Part shown: piece after piece, positions 51,121 through 63,222 of the stretch | Layout of the letters: each line of letters starts with the position of its first letter | How positions within the stretch are numbered: position 1 is the stretch's first letter | Assembly (NCBI GenBank): GCA_964016885.1 | Contig: OZ024748.1 | Location: forward strand, 26,784,001-26,848,000 | Reading direction: 5' to 3' | From: Eledone cirrhosa | Taxonomy: Eukaryota | DNA: 64,000 nucleotides | Translations under genes and position numbers: made by a program | Notes under the pieces: generated by a model | The model's database searches: none | What the model saw: the letters and a program-made list of their open reading frames with translations, nothing else | Told to the model about the DNA's origin: nothing

Positions 51121-51559
51121 GATTAATTATTTTATGGATTAATAAAAAAAAAAATTATATATATATATATATATAAAAGGAACGATCGACTTTCGTCAAA
51201 TCGGACCGTGGAAACAATGTTTCCATTGGTCTTTCCAATTGCTAATACTATCTATCGGTCGCAACTCTGGGTAGAAAGAGCAACGTGAAATAAAGTGACT
51301 TGTTCAAGGACATAACGCATCGTCCGGTTCTGGACTGGAATCGAATATATATATATATATATATATATATCGAATATAAATCGAATATATATATATATAT
51401 TGGATTACCCACTGAAGATTTATAAGAGCCCACTTGAATAAGTATCTGTTGATCTTATACAAGCTTCTACATAACTTGGTATATTTTCACCCAACTTGTA
51501 GAAATCTTATAATGAAACGAGTCGTCTGGGAAATGATATATTTGATGTATCTCATATGA

Positions 51560-52117
51560 AGACTACGTTGGTATGGTCACGTGATGCGCATGAAAGACGA
51601 CAGCTGTATAAAAAAAGTGCAGGGCGATAAAAATAGACGGTAGCCACGGAGTAGGCAGACCCAGAAAAACCTGGGACGACTTGATAAATTCCGACCTCAC
51701 ACACACCTCTCCAAGACAATGTCACTGGACCGAGATCTTTGGCGGCGCTACACAGTAATACAGAAGACCCGCCTTGCCTAAGTACAAAGCGAAACCTACA
51801 GAGTCAGTAGGCACCTCTTAACAAAAATACACCCCCGTCCCACTACCCCCACCCCATCCACACCACCCCTTTCGATGTAAAGTTATGTTGGTACCACAAC
51901 ATCCAGTCCGAAATAAATGAGGTCATGTAGGTGTCACGACAAAAAAACACACAATCCACGCTGTAATGTGGCCGTGTAGGTAACACGGTAAAAACCTGCC
52001 AGTCCACACTGTAAACGTGGTTGGTGTTAGGAAGGGCATCCAGCCATAGAAAACCCGCCAGACAGTCCTGAGCAAGACAACCAATCTTGCCTCAAGTGGG
52101 AAAATTCCCGTCCAAAC
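51560..52117 (+). mobile_element. 3' fragment of the young RTE family (RT C-terminus + 3'UTR)
   Basis: Encodes RLRWYGHVMRMKDDSCIKKCRAIKIDGSHGVGRPRKTWD. The 3'UTR is colinear with the 6120-6488 copy. Confidence 0.9.
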
Positions 52118-52419
52118 ACTGGTTATGCGCAATCATATGGCCACTGTTGTCATTGAAATATGTATCACAGCCTTATCAATGAAAGTCTTTAACATCTGCA
52201 ACTACTTCGCATTTCGATTGCAAGTCCAATGCTCTAGCCACTAAGCCATGTGCTTCCAAATAAATATATATATGTATATATATACATACATACATATATC
52301 AGAATGGATGCAGTAATAACCAGTTAGAACATTATTCACCAGAGTACTCGATACTTGGGGGAGTAGAGTGGGTAATATGAAAATATATATATATATACAC
52401 ATACACATATATATGTGTG

Positions 52420-52658
52420 TGTTGGACTTATGACCATAAGGTCACGGATTCGATTCTTGGGTTGCGTGTTGTGTTCTTGATCAAAACACTTCATTTCACA
52501 TTGCTCCAGTATACTCAGCTGAAAATGAGTACCAGCAATACCTGGGGGGGGGGGGGGGGTTAACCCTGTGATGGACTGGCGTACTCTCAGTTACCTTTAC
52601 GCCCTGAAACCGGGATAAGCACCGGCCAAGTGAGCCTTCTGGCTTAAGACGGACTTTA
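52420..52658 (+). mobile_element. SINE with CORE + Meta-like domains
   Basis: CORE cacattgctccagtatactcagctgaaaatgagtacc, then aaccctgtgatggactggcg..gaaaccgggataagcaccggc. Confidence 0.65.
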
Positions 52659-52674
52659 GATATATATATATATA

Positions 52675-52887
52675 TAGTCTAACAAAGTTCTTTCGTTGCA
52701 CATCTGCAACATCATCAGTGATACTATTATCATGTTTCCTCCTATTGTGTTGTATTGTAGTGTTTACACCATTTTTTTTTTTTTTTTTAATGGCATAAAC
52801 ACTACAATACAACACAATGGGAGGAAACATGATAATAGTACCACTGATGATGTCGCAGATGTGCAACAAAAGAACTTTGCTAGACTA
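52675..52887. mobile_element. Fold-back MITE-like element inside a (TA)n tract
   Basis: About 97-bp arms tagtctaacaaagttc.. / ..gaactttgctagacta around a poly-T centre. Confidence 0.8.
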
Positions 52888-52907
52888 TATATATATATAT
52901 TTATATC

Positions 52908-53499
52908 ACGATATTAAACAAATGGAAACTATATTTACAAAACCATATTTATTTTGTTATATATATTTCTGGGATATCATGTTAAAAATATGTTATGCCT
53001 TCCTCAGACAAAATACAATACATAAGCTGTTTTATAAATAATTAGTGACATACCTTGTAATAATGCAACTTCCTTTTAAAAAGTTGATTTGGTAGTGAAA
53101 CTGTTATGATAGTTATATAGAAAGAAAACGAAGATGAGAAGAAGAAGGTGAAGAGATGTATGTAAATAAAAAAGAAGAAGATGAAGAGATGTATGTACAT
53201 CTCTTTTCTCTTTACATACATCTCTTCATCTTCTTTTTTATTTACATACATCTCTTCACCTTCTTCTTCTCATCTTCGTTTTCTTTCTATATAACTATCA
53301 TAACAGTTTCACTACCAAATCAACTTTTTAAAAGGAAGTTGCATTATTACAAGGTATGTCACTAATTATTTATAAAACAGCTTATGTATTGTATTTTGTC
53401 TGAGGAAGGCATAACATATTTTTAATATGATATCCCAGAAATATATATAACGAAATAAATATGGTTTTATAAATATAGTTTCCATTTGTTTAATATCGT
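52908..53499. repeat. About 290-bp-arm near-perfect palindrome
   Basis: acgatattaaacaaatggaaac.. / ..gtttccatttgtttaatatcgt. By eye the arms differ by three substitutions and one 3-bp indel, and the spacer is short. Confidence 0.95.
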
Positions 53500-54049
53500 A
53501 AACCTACTCCAGAAACTGTCGAGTGCTTTTATATCAGTTATAAAATATTTACTCGTTGTAACCCAACAATCTTAAATAAAACTTTTGCATATATTTATAT
53601 CTGTATTTTTAACCGTTGGTCAGTAAATGATAAACATTGATTGCCAAATAAATTAACTATGGAGATATAAAAGATACAGAAGCGAAAACCAACCAAACAG
53701 TGAGTGTGTTCTGTTATTATTTCTGGCAATATTATTACAACAATATGACCCTCCTCAAGTATAACAATATATATATACATATATATAGGTGTATAATGTT
53801 TAGATGGTTCACCAGTTTGAGCACTCAATGCTAATATTTAGGTCCAGCTACTGATGTAGGAATCTACATTTGGTATTTCACCATAATCAGTATCCTTAAG
53901 AATAATTATAAAAGGCACAAAATTGTGAATAAACATAATGATGTTATATTGATACTTTGTTCCTGCTCCTTAGAAACACACTGGGGTTGATTTAATCAAC
54001 TTTACCCTCCCACCAAATTATTGGCTTTGTGCTGAGAAACAATTATTAT

Positions 54050-54488
54050 TTCAAATCCCGCCGAGGTCAACTTTGCCTTTCATCCTTACGGGGTCGATAA
54101 AATAAAGTACCAATAATGCACTGGGTAATTGCTGGCCTTGTGCCAAAAGTAGAAACAATTATTTATTATTAAAGGGTGGGGAATTGGCAGTATCGGTGGA
54201 GTTGCTGGAGGCCATGCTTTGCAGCATAGAGTTACGTTCTGAGTTCAAATCCTGCCAAGGTTAACTTTGCCTTTCATCCTTACGAGGTCGATAAAATAAA
54301 GTACCAGTAATGCACTGGGATAAATACTGGCCAATAACGCATAGAGTTACGGCCCTTGCCATTCTCAGTTCAAATCCTGCCGAGGTTAACTTTGCCTTTC
54401 ATCCTTACGAGGTCGATAAAATAAAGTACCAGTAATGCACTGGGATAATTGTTGGTCTTGTGCCAAAAGTAGAAACAATTATTATTAT
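54050..54488 (+). mobile_element. Three tandem Nin-type SINE copies
   Basis: caaatcc.gcc.aggt.aactttgcctttcatccttacg.ggtcgataaaataaagtacc at about 54052, 54246 and 54371. Confidence 0.85.
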
Positions 54489-54515
54489 ATATAATAGTTC
54501 AATCACACTACAACT

Positions 54516-54781
54516 TTAACCCTTTTCATTCCAAACCACTTGAAACTGCCCCTAGTTCTACAATACAAAATTCTTAGTTTATAAAGTAGTGTTTACATCT
54601 AAAATTGTTTGTTGTATTTATTTAAAAACCTTCCATCATAATTTTATGTAAGAACTTTTATGTTATGTTCTGAACGCCAGAGAAATTTATATTACTAAAT
54701 TCCTCTAAATTTATCATTTTCAGAATGATTTCAAAACTATAGGTACTGTCTTCATTAGAAATATGGTAATAAAAGGGTTAA
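54516..54781. mobile_element. TTAA/piggyBac-type MITE family B
   Basis: ttaa-ccctttt ... aaaaggg-ttaa. Confidence 0.75.
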
Positions 54782-55014
54782 GTTTTACAATAATACAAGG
54801 CTATAATAGCTACTTTCTACAATTTAGTCATTATCAAACTTTGATTTAAAACAAAAACAAAACAAAGCTAATCAAATATGCCACCTGTCTTGTGATCAAA
54901 CCAGAACAGATATGGTACAGGTAAGCTAATTGGTGTGAGAGGCCCACCCTACTCAACTTTCAGTTCTTTTATTCTGTTCTATTACTTATAAGTATATCAT
55001 ACACATGTATGTAT

Positions 55015-55790
55015 GTATGGTCCTGTAACTCCTGGAATATGGCATTTCTTGGGTACTTTTAAACCTGGAGATGTCCATCCCTTCCCCGGGTCTGAACACA
55101 GCTGATTTCTTCCAGAGAAGGAGAGAAAGAGAGTGATAGAGAGGAAGAAAGAGATATAGAGGAAGAACCAACCCCGGTACTGGGCTGTTACTTTTTTTTT
55201 ATCGACTTCGAAAGGATGAAAGGCAAAGTTGACCTCAAAGAGCAGAAGACTGGAATGAATACCACAAAGCATTCTGTCTGATGACAGTCTAACGACTTTG
55301 CTAATTCACTAGCTTAATCTACATATATATATATAGCTGTAAACCATGCAATTAACTCTGAAATGTCACTAACTGGCCAAAATTGTTGATGCTTCAACAA
55401 CAATAATTTCCAATCAAATGCTAATATTTTAGAATGTTTTGCATATCTTTACCATATCTTGGCAGAGTTGTTAGAACATTGGATAGAATGTTGTGTGGCA
55501 TTCATTTTTCTCTCTGAGTTCAAATCCCATTGAGGTTAACTCTGCCTTTCACCCATTCAATGTTAATTTAAAAGTACCAGTTTAGTACTAGGGGTGATTC
55601 TTCCTTTATATCTCTTTCTCACTTCCATTCTCTTACTCTCTACTCTTCTCTGGAAGAAATCTCCAGAAACCTGGAGAGAAGATAGATTCCAACAGGTTTT
55701 AAAAATGCCCTAGAGACATTGTGTGTCAATGTAGCCCCCCCCCCCCCCCCCCCCCCTTCCGATTCTTTCAGGAGTTATGGGTCCACACAA
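55015..55790. mobile_element. Two divergently oriented Nin-SINE subfamily C copies (55015-55310 minus, 55458-55790 plus)
   Basis: Both match 34949-35282. Confidence 0.65.
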
Positions 55791-57231
55791 TACCATATCT
55801 TCCCTATATCTCTGTCAATAGAATAAACTTGTTTGAAGTATCAACCAGCCAAGCAGCCAACTGTTCCAAATAGTGGAACCAATAATGGTATTATATGTCA
55901 AAGCTAAAAGGCTCAAAACAGATGTAAACTGCTTATTTAATATTTTAGTAATTTTTTTTTTTTTTTTTAAGTGTTTATTTAGGCTTTGTTTGTTCTTAGT
56001 TGAAATCTTGTTTCTTGTTACCAGAAAAATGGTGACATGATAGGACTAAAGCCCCCTGTTCTTAAAAAAATATCAAAACACCCTCTATGAGATACAATCT
56101 TATTGGAGGCCAGCTAAACACATGCAGGTGTAAGCTGTAACAACATGATAGGAATGGTACTCCTATCATTAGAGCCCTCAAAAAACCCTCTATGGGATGT
56201 AACCTATGCTGGTGTAATCTATAACAATAACAGCATTTGCGGATTTGAAAGTTTCCTGTCACCAGAATTCATGGCAGCAGGAATCAGCAGTGCTTTTATG
56301 GATCTACATTCTATTAAACTTGTGTATGCCCTGGGTGGGGTTCAGTTTTAACTCCCCACACATCCTCAGTCTTCCTTCTTTATGTTACCATCAACCTTCA
56401 TGCACAGATACTTCTAAACAATGCAAAACCTCACTCCTACGCAAATGATACCACCGTTCACCCCATCATAATTACACAGACTTTATAATCATCATCATCA
56501 TAACCACCGTCATTGTCATCATCATCATTACCATCATTGTCATCATTATCATCATCATCATCACCATCATTGTCATCATTATCATCATCAACAACATCAT
56601 CCCTATGCAAGATAAAACAAATCATGCCGGACATAGATTAACATTTATATAAACATAGACTTACATAAAACAAAATAAATTAAAATAAACACCACCACCA
56701 CCACCATCATCCCTGTGCTTGTTGCAATAAGGACAAGACAACCTAGTTTTATTGAATGATAAGCGAAGATGGAGTCACTATACATGTATATCGAAGAAAT
56801 ACGACACTACAGCTCTCTCTCTCTCTGTTATACTCATAGAGACGAGAGAGATGCTAAGGAAAACCTTTACATATGCTAAGGCCTTGATTAAATAAAAATA
56901 CTCACACACAGATATACACATATACACATACACACACTTTCCTCCACCCCTTATAAAAGCAAGTTTTCAGCGCGTAACCTAATTTATAACATAAAAACAT
57001 ACTTCTAATTTCTCCCAGACTCATCAAAAACACTTTATATAGTAAATACAGAATGATGCTTTGGTTTCATTACATTAGGCAAACAAATAAAAATCAGACA
57101 ACATGTTTTCTGGCATATAGTTATGGCTCTTGACGCGAGTTCAAATCCCATGACAGTGACACACTGGATTAATTTAATCAACTTTCCTCTTCCTTCAAAT
57201 TGTAGAAACAATTATCATCATTAGGGCATCA

Positions 57232-57430
57232 GTTGAGGAGTTGTAATCCAAAGTAGAGGTGTGGCAGCTCAGAGTTGAAGAAGAGCACTCAAAGTAGTGT
57301 AAGAAAACTCAGAGTACAATGAGACTGCCCAGAGTTGAGAAATAGAAGTCAGAGTAGAGGAAGACAGCTGAAAATTGCAGTAGAGAGCTCAAAGAAGAGT
57401 GAGAACACTCAGAGTTGAGTAATAGAGCTG
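57232..57430. repeat. Degenerate 20-bp tandem repeat (..ctcagagttgag..)
   Basis: c-agagt/aaagt recurs every 20 bp. Confidence 0.6.
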
Positions 57431-58147
57431 ACAAAAGCCCATCAAACTATCATCTCATTAAAGAAACTCTTTAATCAACTTCCAATATTACAGGAGATGA
57501 TGGTAAACAGATAGCCAGGTTTTTCTCGTAGCCATAAATACTCTACTAAGCAGCCTGTCATCATGGTACTTCCGCTCCACCCACAATAGCAATCCCACTG
57601 AGATGTTGCTACCAGATGCCCCCACCTCTAAGAAAGATTTGGGAGGGAAACAAATATATATGTATATATAAATATACTTACATATATATATATATACACA
57701 CACACTGATTTTAGTTTAGAAGTTTTTCCATAGGTTCTTATGTAAATTAAATTCAATGCATTCAATATCAAATCTCCAGTTGTAGTTCCTGCCACCATTT
57801 CTTGACTGTCTGTCCTACTGCTGATCTCTCTTTAATAAATCTTACTCTCGTAACAGTCTTTCTCTTTTAACCCCTTTTCGTACAAACCCACCCAAAACTC
57901 CTTCTGCTTCTATAAATACAAAACCTCTTATTTTAAAGTATTTATCATTATCATCGTGGTTTTTAACTCTACTGGCATGGGATGGCTAAGACATTTATGA
58001 GGCAGTGTTCTTTGGCTGGCTGCCCTTTCAGATACCAGCCCTTTTTTTTTTTTTTTGTTGCAAGTATGATGCTCTTCACCCAGACATATTTTTGATATTG
58101 GGCATAAACAAATGACATCAGTTGTTTTGTTTTTAAGTGGTGTCAAT

Positions 58148-58601
58148 CATCATCATCATCATCATCATCAGGTTTAGCGTCCGTGTTCCACGCTTGCATG
58201 GGTTTGGACGGGGGTTTTCCCACTTGAGGCAAGAGTGGTTGTCTTGCTCGCATAGGACTGTCTGGCGGGTTTTCTACAGTTGGATGCCCTTCCTAACACG
58301 AACCACATTTACAGTGTGGGGCTGGGAGGTTTTTACCGTGTTGCCTACACGGCCACATTACAGCGTGGACTGTCTGGCGGGTTTTCTACAGCTGGATGCC
58401 CTTCCTAACACCAACCACATTTACAGTGTGGGGCTGGGAGGTTTTTACCGTGTTGCCTACACGGCCACATTTACAGCGTGGACTGTGTGTTTTTTTTGTC
58501 GTGACACCTACACGATCTCATTTGTTTCGGCCTGGATGTTGTGGGACCAACATAACTGTACATTGAAAGGGGCGGTGTGGATGGGGTGGAGGTGGTGGGA
58601 C

Positions 58602-58632
<31 letters not shown>

Positions 58633-59849
58633 GATAGAGATGCCTACTGACTGTAGTAGGTTTTTACTTTGTATTTAGGTAAGGCGGGTCTTCTCTATTA
58701 CTGAGTACCGCCAAAGGTCTCGGTCCAGTGACATTGTCTTGGAGAGGTGTAAGCGTGTGAGGTCGGAATTTATCAGCTCGTCCCATGTTTTTCTGGGTCT
58801 GCCTACTCCGTGGCTACCGTCTATCTTTATTGCCCTGCACTTTGTTATACAGCTGTCGTCTTTCATGCGCATCACGTGACCGTACCAACGTAGCCTTCTC
58901 TCGAGTAAACAACATCTGATCCCTCTTATTTCTAATTTTTTCCTTAGTTCGTTTATGCTTTGCCGTTCCCGTATATTACTATTGCACATCCAGCGGAGCA
59001 TGCAAGCTTCGTTCCTCTCTAGTCTGCGTATATCCTCTGCACACAATGCCCAGGTCTCACTGCCATGCAGCATTGCTGTTCGTATGCAGGCATCGTATAA
59101 CCTGCCTTTCATTTTTAGGGAGAACCCTCTAGCGGCTAATAGTGGTATAAGCTCTCTGAACTTTTTCCACCCAGTTCTGACTCTAGCTACTGTACTTTCA
59201 GAGCACCCTCCCCCACTGCTGATTTTGTCACCCAGGTAACGGAAGCTGTCCACTATTTCTATAGAACCCTCTGCGCAGTTGAAGGAGCTAGTATTTTGTG
59301 GGCACTTGCTGCTGCTTATTGCACCAGAGCACCGGCCACATGTAAAATCTATGTTCTTAGTTAGCTTACCTGTGATCCCACTACATCTTTTATGCACCCA
59401 TACTTTGCATTTGGGACATAAAATGGAGTTTCTACCTACGCCTTTCCTACACACTGAGCATGGCCATTTCCCAGATGGGACTGCCGCCATATTTTCTTTC
59501 CTACAAACTAGAACTTTTGTCTTAGCCAGGTTAATTTTAAGGCCTTTTGATTCTAGGCCGTGCTTCCATGTTTGGAATTTCTTCTCTAGTTCGGTCATTG
59601 ATTCAGCTATGAGCGTTAGATCATCTGCGTATAGGAGTTCCCATGGGCAGCCGGTCTTGAACTCCTCTGTTATAGCCTGAAGGGCAATAATAAATAGAAG
59701 GGGGCTGAGAACAGAGCCCTGATGGACGCCAACTTTTACGCTAAACTCTTCACTATATTCGTTGTTAATTCTAACCTTGCTGACTGTTTCTTTATACATG
59801 GCTTGTATAGCTCTCACAAGCCATTCGTCAACACCTAGTTTTCTAAGAG
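58148..59849 (-). mobile_element. RTE-clade LINE, 5'-truncated, same family as 6100-8082
   Basis: RT ORF, 3'UTR with ~117-bp tandem duplication, (GAT)n tail, and candidate TSD tgtcaat at 58141-58147 and 59875-59881. Confidence 0.95.
58675..59817 (-). pseudogene. RTE reverse transcriptase C-terminal part, open frame
   Basis: GVHQGSVLSPLLF, LLYADD, intact CxxC..CxxC..HxxC..CxxC insertion, FRYLG, RLRWYGHV. Confidence 0.95.
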
Positions 59850-60084
59850 ACCTAGTTTTCTAAGAGACCACCAATGTCAATGTAAAATAATATACAATGA
59901 CAAATACATCTATGTAATAGGCCTCTCCACAGGCTTTCCATCTACCAAAATTCACTCACAGAACATTAATCAGCCTAAGGCTATAGTCAAAAATGACTAA
60001 AGTGCTGTACAGTGGGACCAAACCTGATACTATGCGACTGCAAAGTGAACTTAAGGTTTACAGGCAATTTACTAACATTGACAC

Positions 60085-60315
60085 CCAGTCCACACTATAA
60101 AGTGGTTGTGTAGGTGTCATGACAAAAAGCACCCAGCCCACACTATAAATGCGGTCCACATTAGGAAAGGCGTCTAGCTGTAGAAACCAAATCAGAAACA
60201 GCTCTGTATGAGCAAGATATGGTCACCTGACCTAACTTGTCTCAAATGGGACAACTCGTCTAACCCATGCTAGTGTGGAAAATAGATGCTAAACGATAAT
60301 GGTGATGATGATGAT
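60085..60315 (+). mobile_element. RTE-tail SINE fragment
   Basis: gtgtcatgacaaaaagcacccag..ttaggaaaggcgtctagctgtagaaa..aacccatgctagtgtggaaa, then (gat)n. Confidence 0.6.
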
Positions 60316-60567
60316 GGCAACAAGTATCTAAATTAAAACTTTCCATCATGTAAGAAAATTGTATTAAATTAAATTTCAAGCACCAGCTTAATAATGAGAA
60401 AGTCTATGTTATTAAATGTCTGAAACTCCTTTACTATTTCTGAAATTGAAACACAAAATTCAAAGTATATATTTCATGAGAAATATGACCACAGAAGGGT
60501 TAAATTTTGTTCTGTACTTCACTGTACTACATAGATCCATAAAACAGATTCTCAAGTGTAGAACTTG

Positions 60568-60758
60568 GGACCTGTCTCAGACAAAGGTAATATAGTTTTA
60601 AGGGGCATGCCCCAGACGAAGGTAATAGTCTTAGGGGACCTGTCCCAGACAAAGGTAATACAGTCTTAAGGGACCTGTCCCAGACAAAAGTAATACAGGT
60701 AATATAGTCTTAAGGGACATGCCCCAGACAAAGGTAATACAGGTAATACAGTCTTAAA
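60568..60758. repeat. About 33-43-bp tandem repeat (gggacctgtcccagacaaaggtaatacagtcttaa)
   Basis: About five copies. Confidence 0.8.
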
Positions 60759-61061
60759 CATTAATGTTGATAGTGATAATGAGTTATGTTTGTAATTAGT
60801 AGGTAATGAGTTGTTAGAGCTTCGTATTTAATGCCTCAGTATTTGTTCCAGCTTTCTGTGTTCAAATCTCACCTAAGGTCAATTTTGCTTTTCATACTTT
60901 TGGATAAACAAAGAACCAGCCCCAGGGGCCAAGGGTGGGTTGATGGAATTGTTAAAGATTGTTAAAGATTGTTTTGAGGTATCTCTTTCAGCGCTGTACA
61001 TTCTGAGTTTAAATTTGGCCTCCTTCTGTCAGGAATTCAGTCAGGTAAATATTACCAGCAA

Positions 61062-61961
61062 ATAGAAAGATCAAATAAAACAATGCCTTTGGTCTGATCT
61101 GATGATTGGTAATAGAAAGATCAAATGAAACTATGTCTTTGGTCTGATCTGATGATTGGTAATAGAAAGACCAACTTAAACAATGTCTTTGGTCTGATCT
61201 GATGATTGGTAATAGAAAATCAAATGAAACAATGTCTTTGATCTGATCTGATGATTGGTAATAGAAAGATCAAATGAAACAATGTCTTTGGTCTGATCTG
61301 ATGATTGATAATAGAAAGATCAAATGAAACAATGTCTTTGGTTTGATCTGATGATTGGTAATAGAAAGATCAAATAAAACAATATCTTTGGTCTGATCTG
61401 ATGATTGGTAATAGAAAGATCAAATAAAACAATGTCTTTGGTCTGATCTGATGATTGGTAATAGAAAGATCAAATAAAACAATGTCTTTGGTCTGATCTG
61501 ATGATTGGTAATAGAAAGATCAAATAAAACAATGCCTTTGGTCTGATCTGATGATTGGTAATAGAAAGATCAAATAAAACAATGTCTTTGGTCTGATCTG
61601 ATGATTGGTAATAGAAAGATCAAATAAAACAATGTCTTTGGTCTGATCTGATGATTGGTAATAGAAAGATCAAATAAAACAATGTCTTTGGTCTGATCTG
61701 ATGATTGGTAATAGAAAGATCAAATAAAACAATGTCTTTGGTCTGATCTGATGATTGGTAATAGAAAGATCAAATAAAACAATGTCTTTGGTCTGATCTG
61801 ATGATTGGTAATAGAAAGATCAAATAAAACAATATCTTTGGTCTGATCTGATGATTGGTAATAGAAAGATCAACTTAAACAATGCCTTTGGTCTGATCTG
61901 ATGATTGGTAATAGAAAGATCAACTTAAACAATGCCTTTGGTCTGATCTGATGATTGGTAA
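61062..61961. repeat. 50-bp minisatellite, about 18 copies
   Basis: Unit ggtctgatctgatgattggtaatagaaagatcaaataaaacaatgtcttt. Period 61091 to 61141. Confidence 0.95.
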
Positions 61962-62341
61962 GGGAAAGACTAGAGGAAGCTGATCTGATGATTGACTGCT
62001 CTCTTTTTTTAAGTCAGAGGAGGGGGGGGGGGTATAAAGTCACAGCTGAAGATGGCCAGTCTATGTCAGCACTGAAACATGAATCTGCAGGTTGGCAGAG
62101 ATGGCCAGTCCATGTCAGCACTAAATACTGAATCTGCAAGTTGGCAGAGAATTTTTGAAAATGGTTTCTACAGTTGAATACCATGCCTAACATCATCCAC
62201 TATACAGAATGTACTGGCAGTGTTTTATTATGGCACCAGCTCTAGATTGTGGTTGTGAAATCCTCAACATAACTAAAGAGTCCTCTCTACCCTACATTTT
62301 CTCCATAATGCTATATATTTGTGTCACTATACCATTGACTG

Positions 62342-62525
62342 ATAATTGTTTCTACTTTTGGCACAAGGCCAGTAATGATCCCAGCGCATTACTGATGCTT
62401 TATTTTATCGACCTTGTAAGGATGAAAGTCAAAGTTAACCTTGGCGGGATTTGAACTCTGACCGTAAAGGGCCGTAACTCTATGCCGCATAGCATGGCAT
62501 CTGACCCTCTACCAAATCCACCGCC
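62342..62525 (-). mobile_element. Nin-type tRNA SINE
   Basis: Same family as 20070-20253. Confidence 0.8.
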
Positions 62526-62581
62526 ATTGGTTAATAATACAGTTTGGTTAGATAGCTTACTTTTTTTTGACAGATATCTAT

Positions 62582-62796
62582 TTAACCCTCTAGAATTCAC
62601 ATTACTCTAAATTTACTATTGTATTTTCACAGTAAAGGCTTTATCTCACATAATATCGAATCTACGTGATTTTGATATTATTCATTTTGAGAACAATACC
62701 TTAACGTCAGTATGAGCAGCCGGTTACACCGGTTTGAACAGAAGGTGGTGAGAGAACTCTGGCCGGATATGGCCAGTTTAAATGCTAATGGGTTAA
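62582..62796. mobile_element. TTAA/piggyBac-type MITE family A
   Basis: ttaa-ccctctagaattcac ... aatgctaatggg-ttaa. Colinear with 33776-34002. Confidence 0.8.
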
Positions 62797-62959
62797 TGAT
62801 GAAACAGCCCCTGATTATATAATGAAAAATCATTTGTTTGAAAGAGTTTGTTTAAATTTAAGCCCACCATAATAATTTTATGTTCACTCCATAAGGGTGG
62901 TAGTGACAGGAAGGGCACCCTGCTCTAGAAACCATGCCTAAAATAGACATAGCCAGTAT

Positions 62960-63222
62960 AGGCTGTAAAGTGGTTGGTGATAGAAAAAGGGCATCTAGCC
63001 ATAGAAAGCTTGCCAAGCAAAGTGTTGGGAGGACCCTTCAGCTGTATCAGAGACATGACAACCTCCCTGGTGTTGGTGCTATGATAGAATGCACGTGGAT
63101 ACAAACCCCCCTGCTTGTCTGAGAGGTCCGTGGCCCAGCTTCAGTACAAACTCAGTCAGTGAAGCCCTATCCAACCCTTGATAGCAGGGAAAGTGGATGT
63201 TAAATGGTGATGACGATGATGA
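62960..63222 (+). mobile_element. RTE-tail SINE variant (also at 34045-34265)
   Basis: gcatc.agcca.agaaagcttgccaa..cttcagtac..ccaacccttg.tagcagggaaag is present at both loci. Confidence 0.55.

Noticed and set aside
56040-56450. Short ORFs in unique sequence (also 63300-63900) as host exons
   Set aside because: No recognisable protein motif or convincing splice-site pair.
61062-61961. 50-bp repeat contains CTGATGA..GAAA..TC, resembling tandem hammerheads
   Set aside because: The segment between CTGATGA and GAAA (ttggtaata) cannot form stem II and no stem I pairing fits. Treated as chance similarity.
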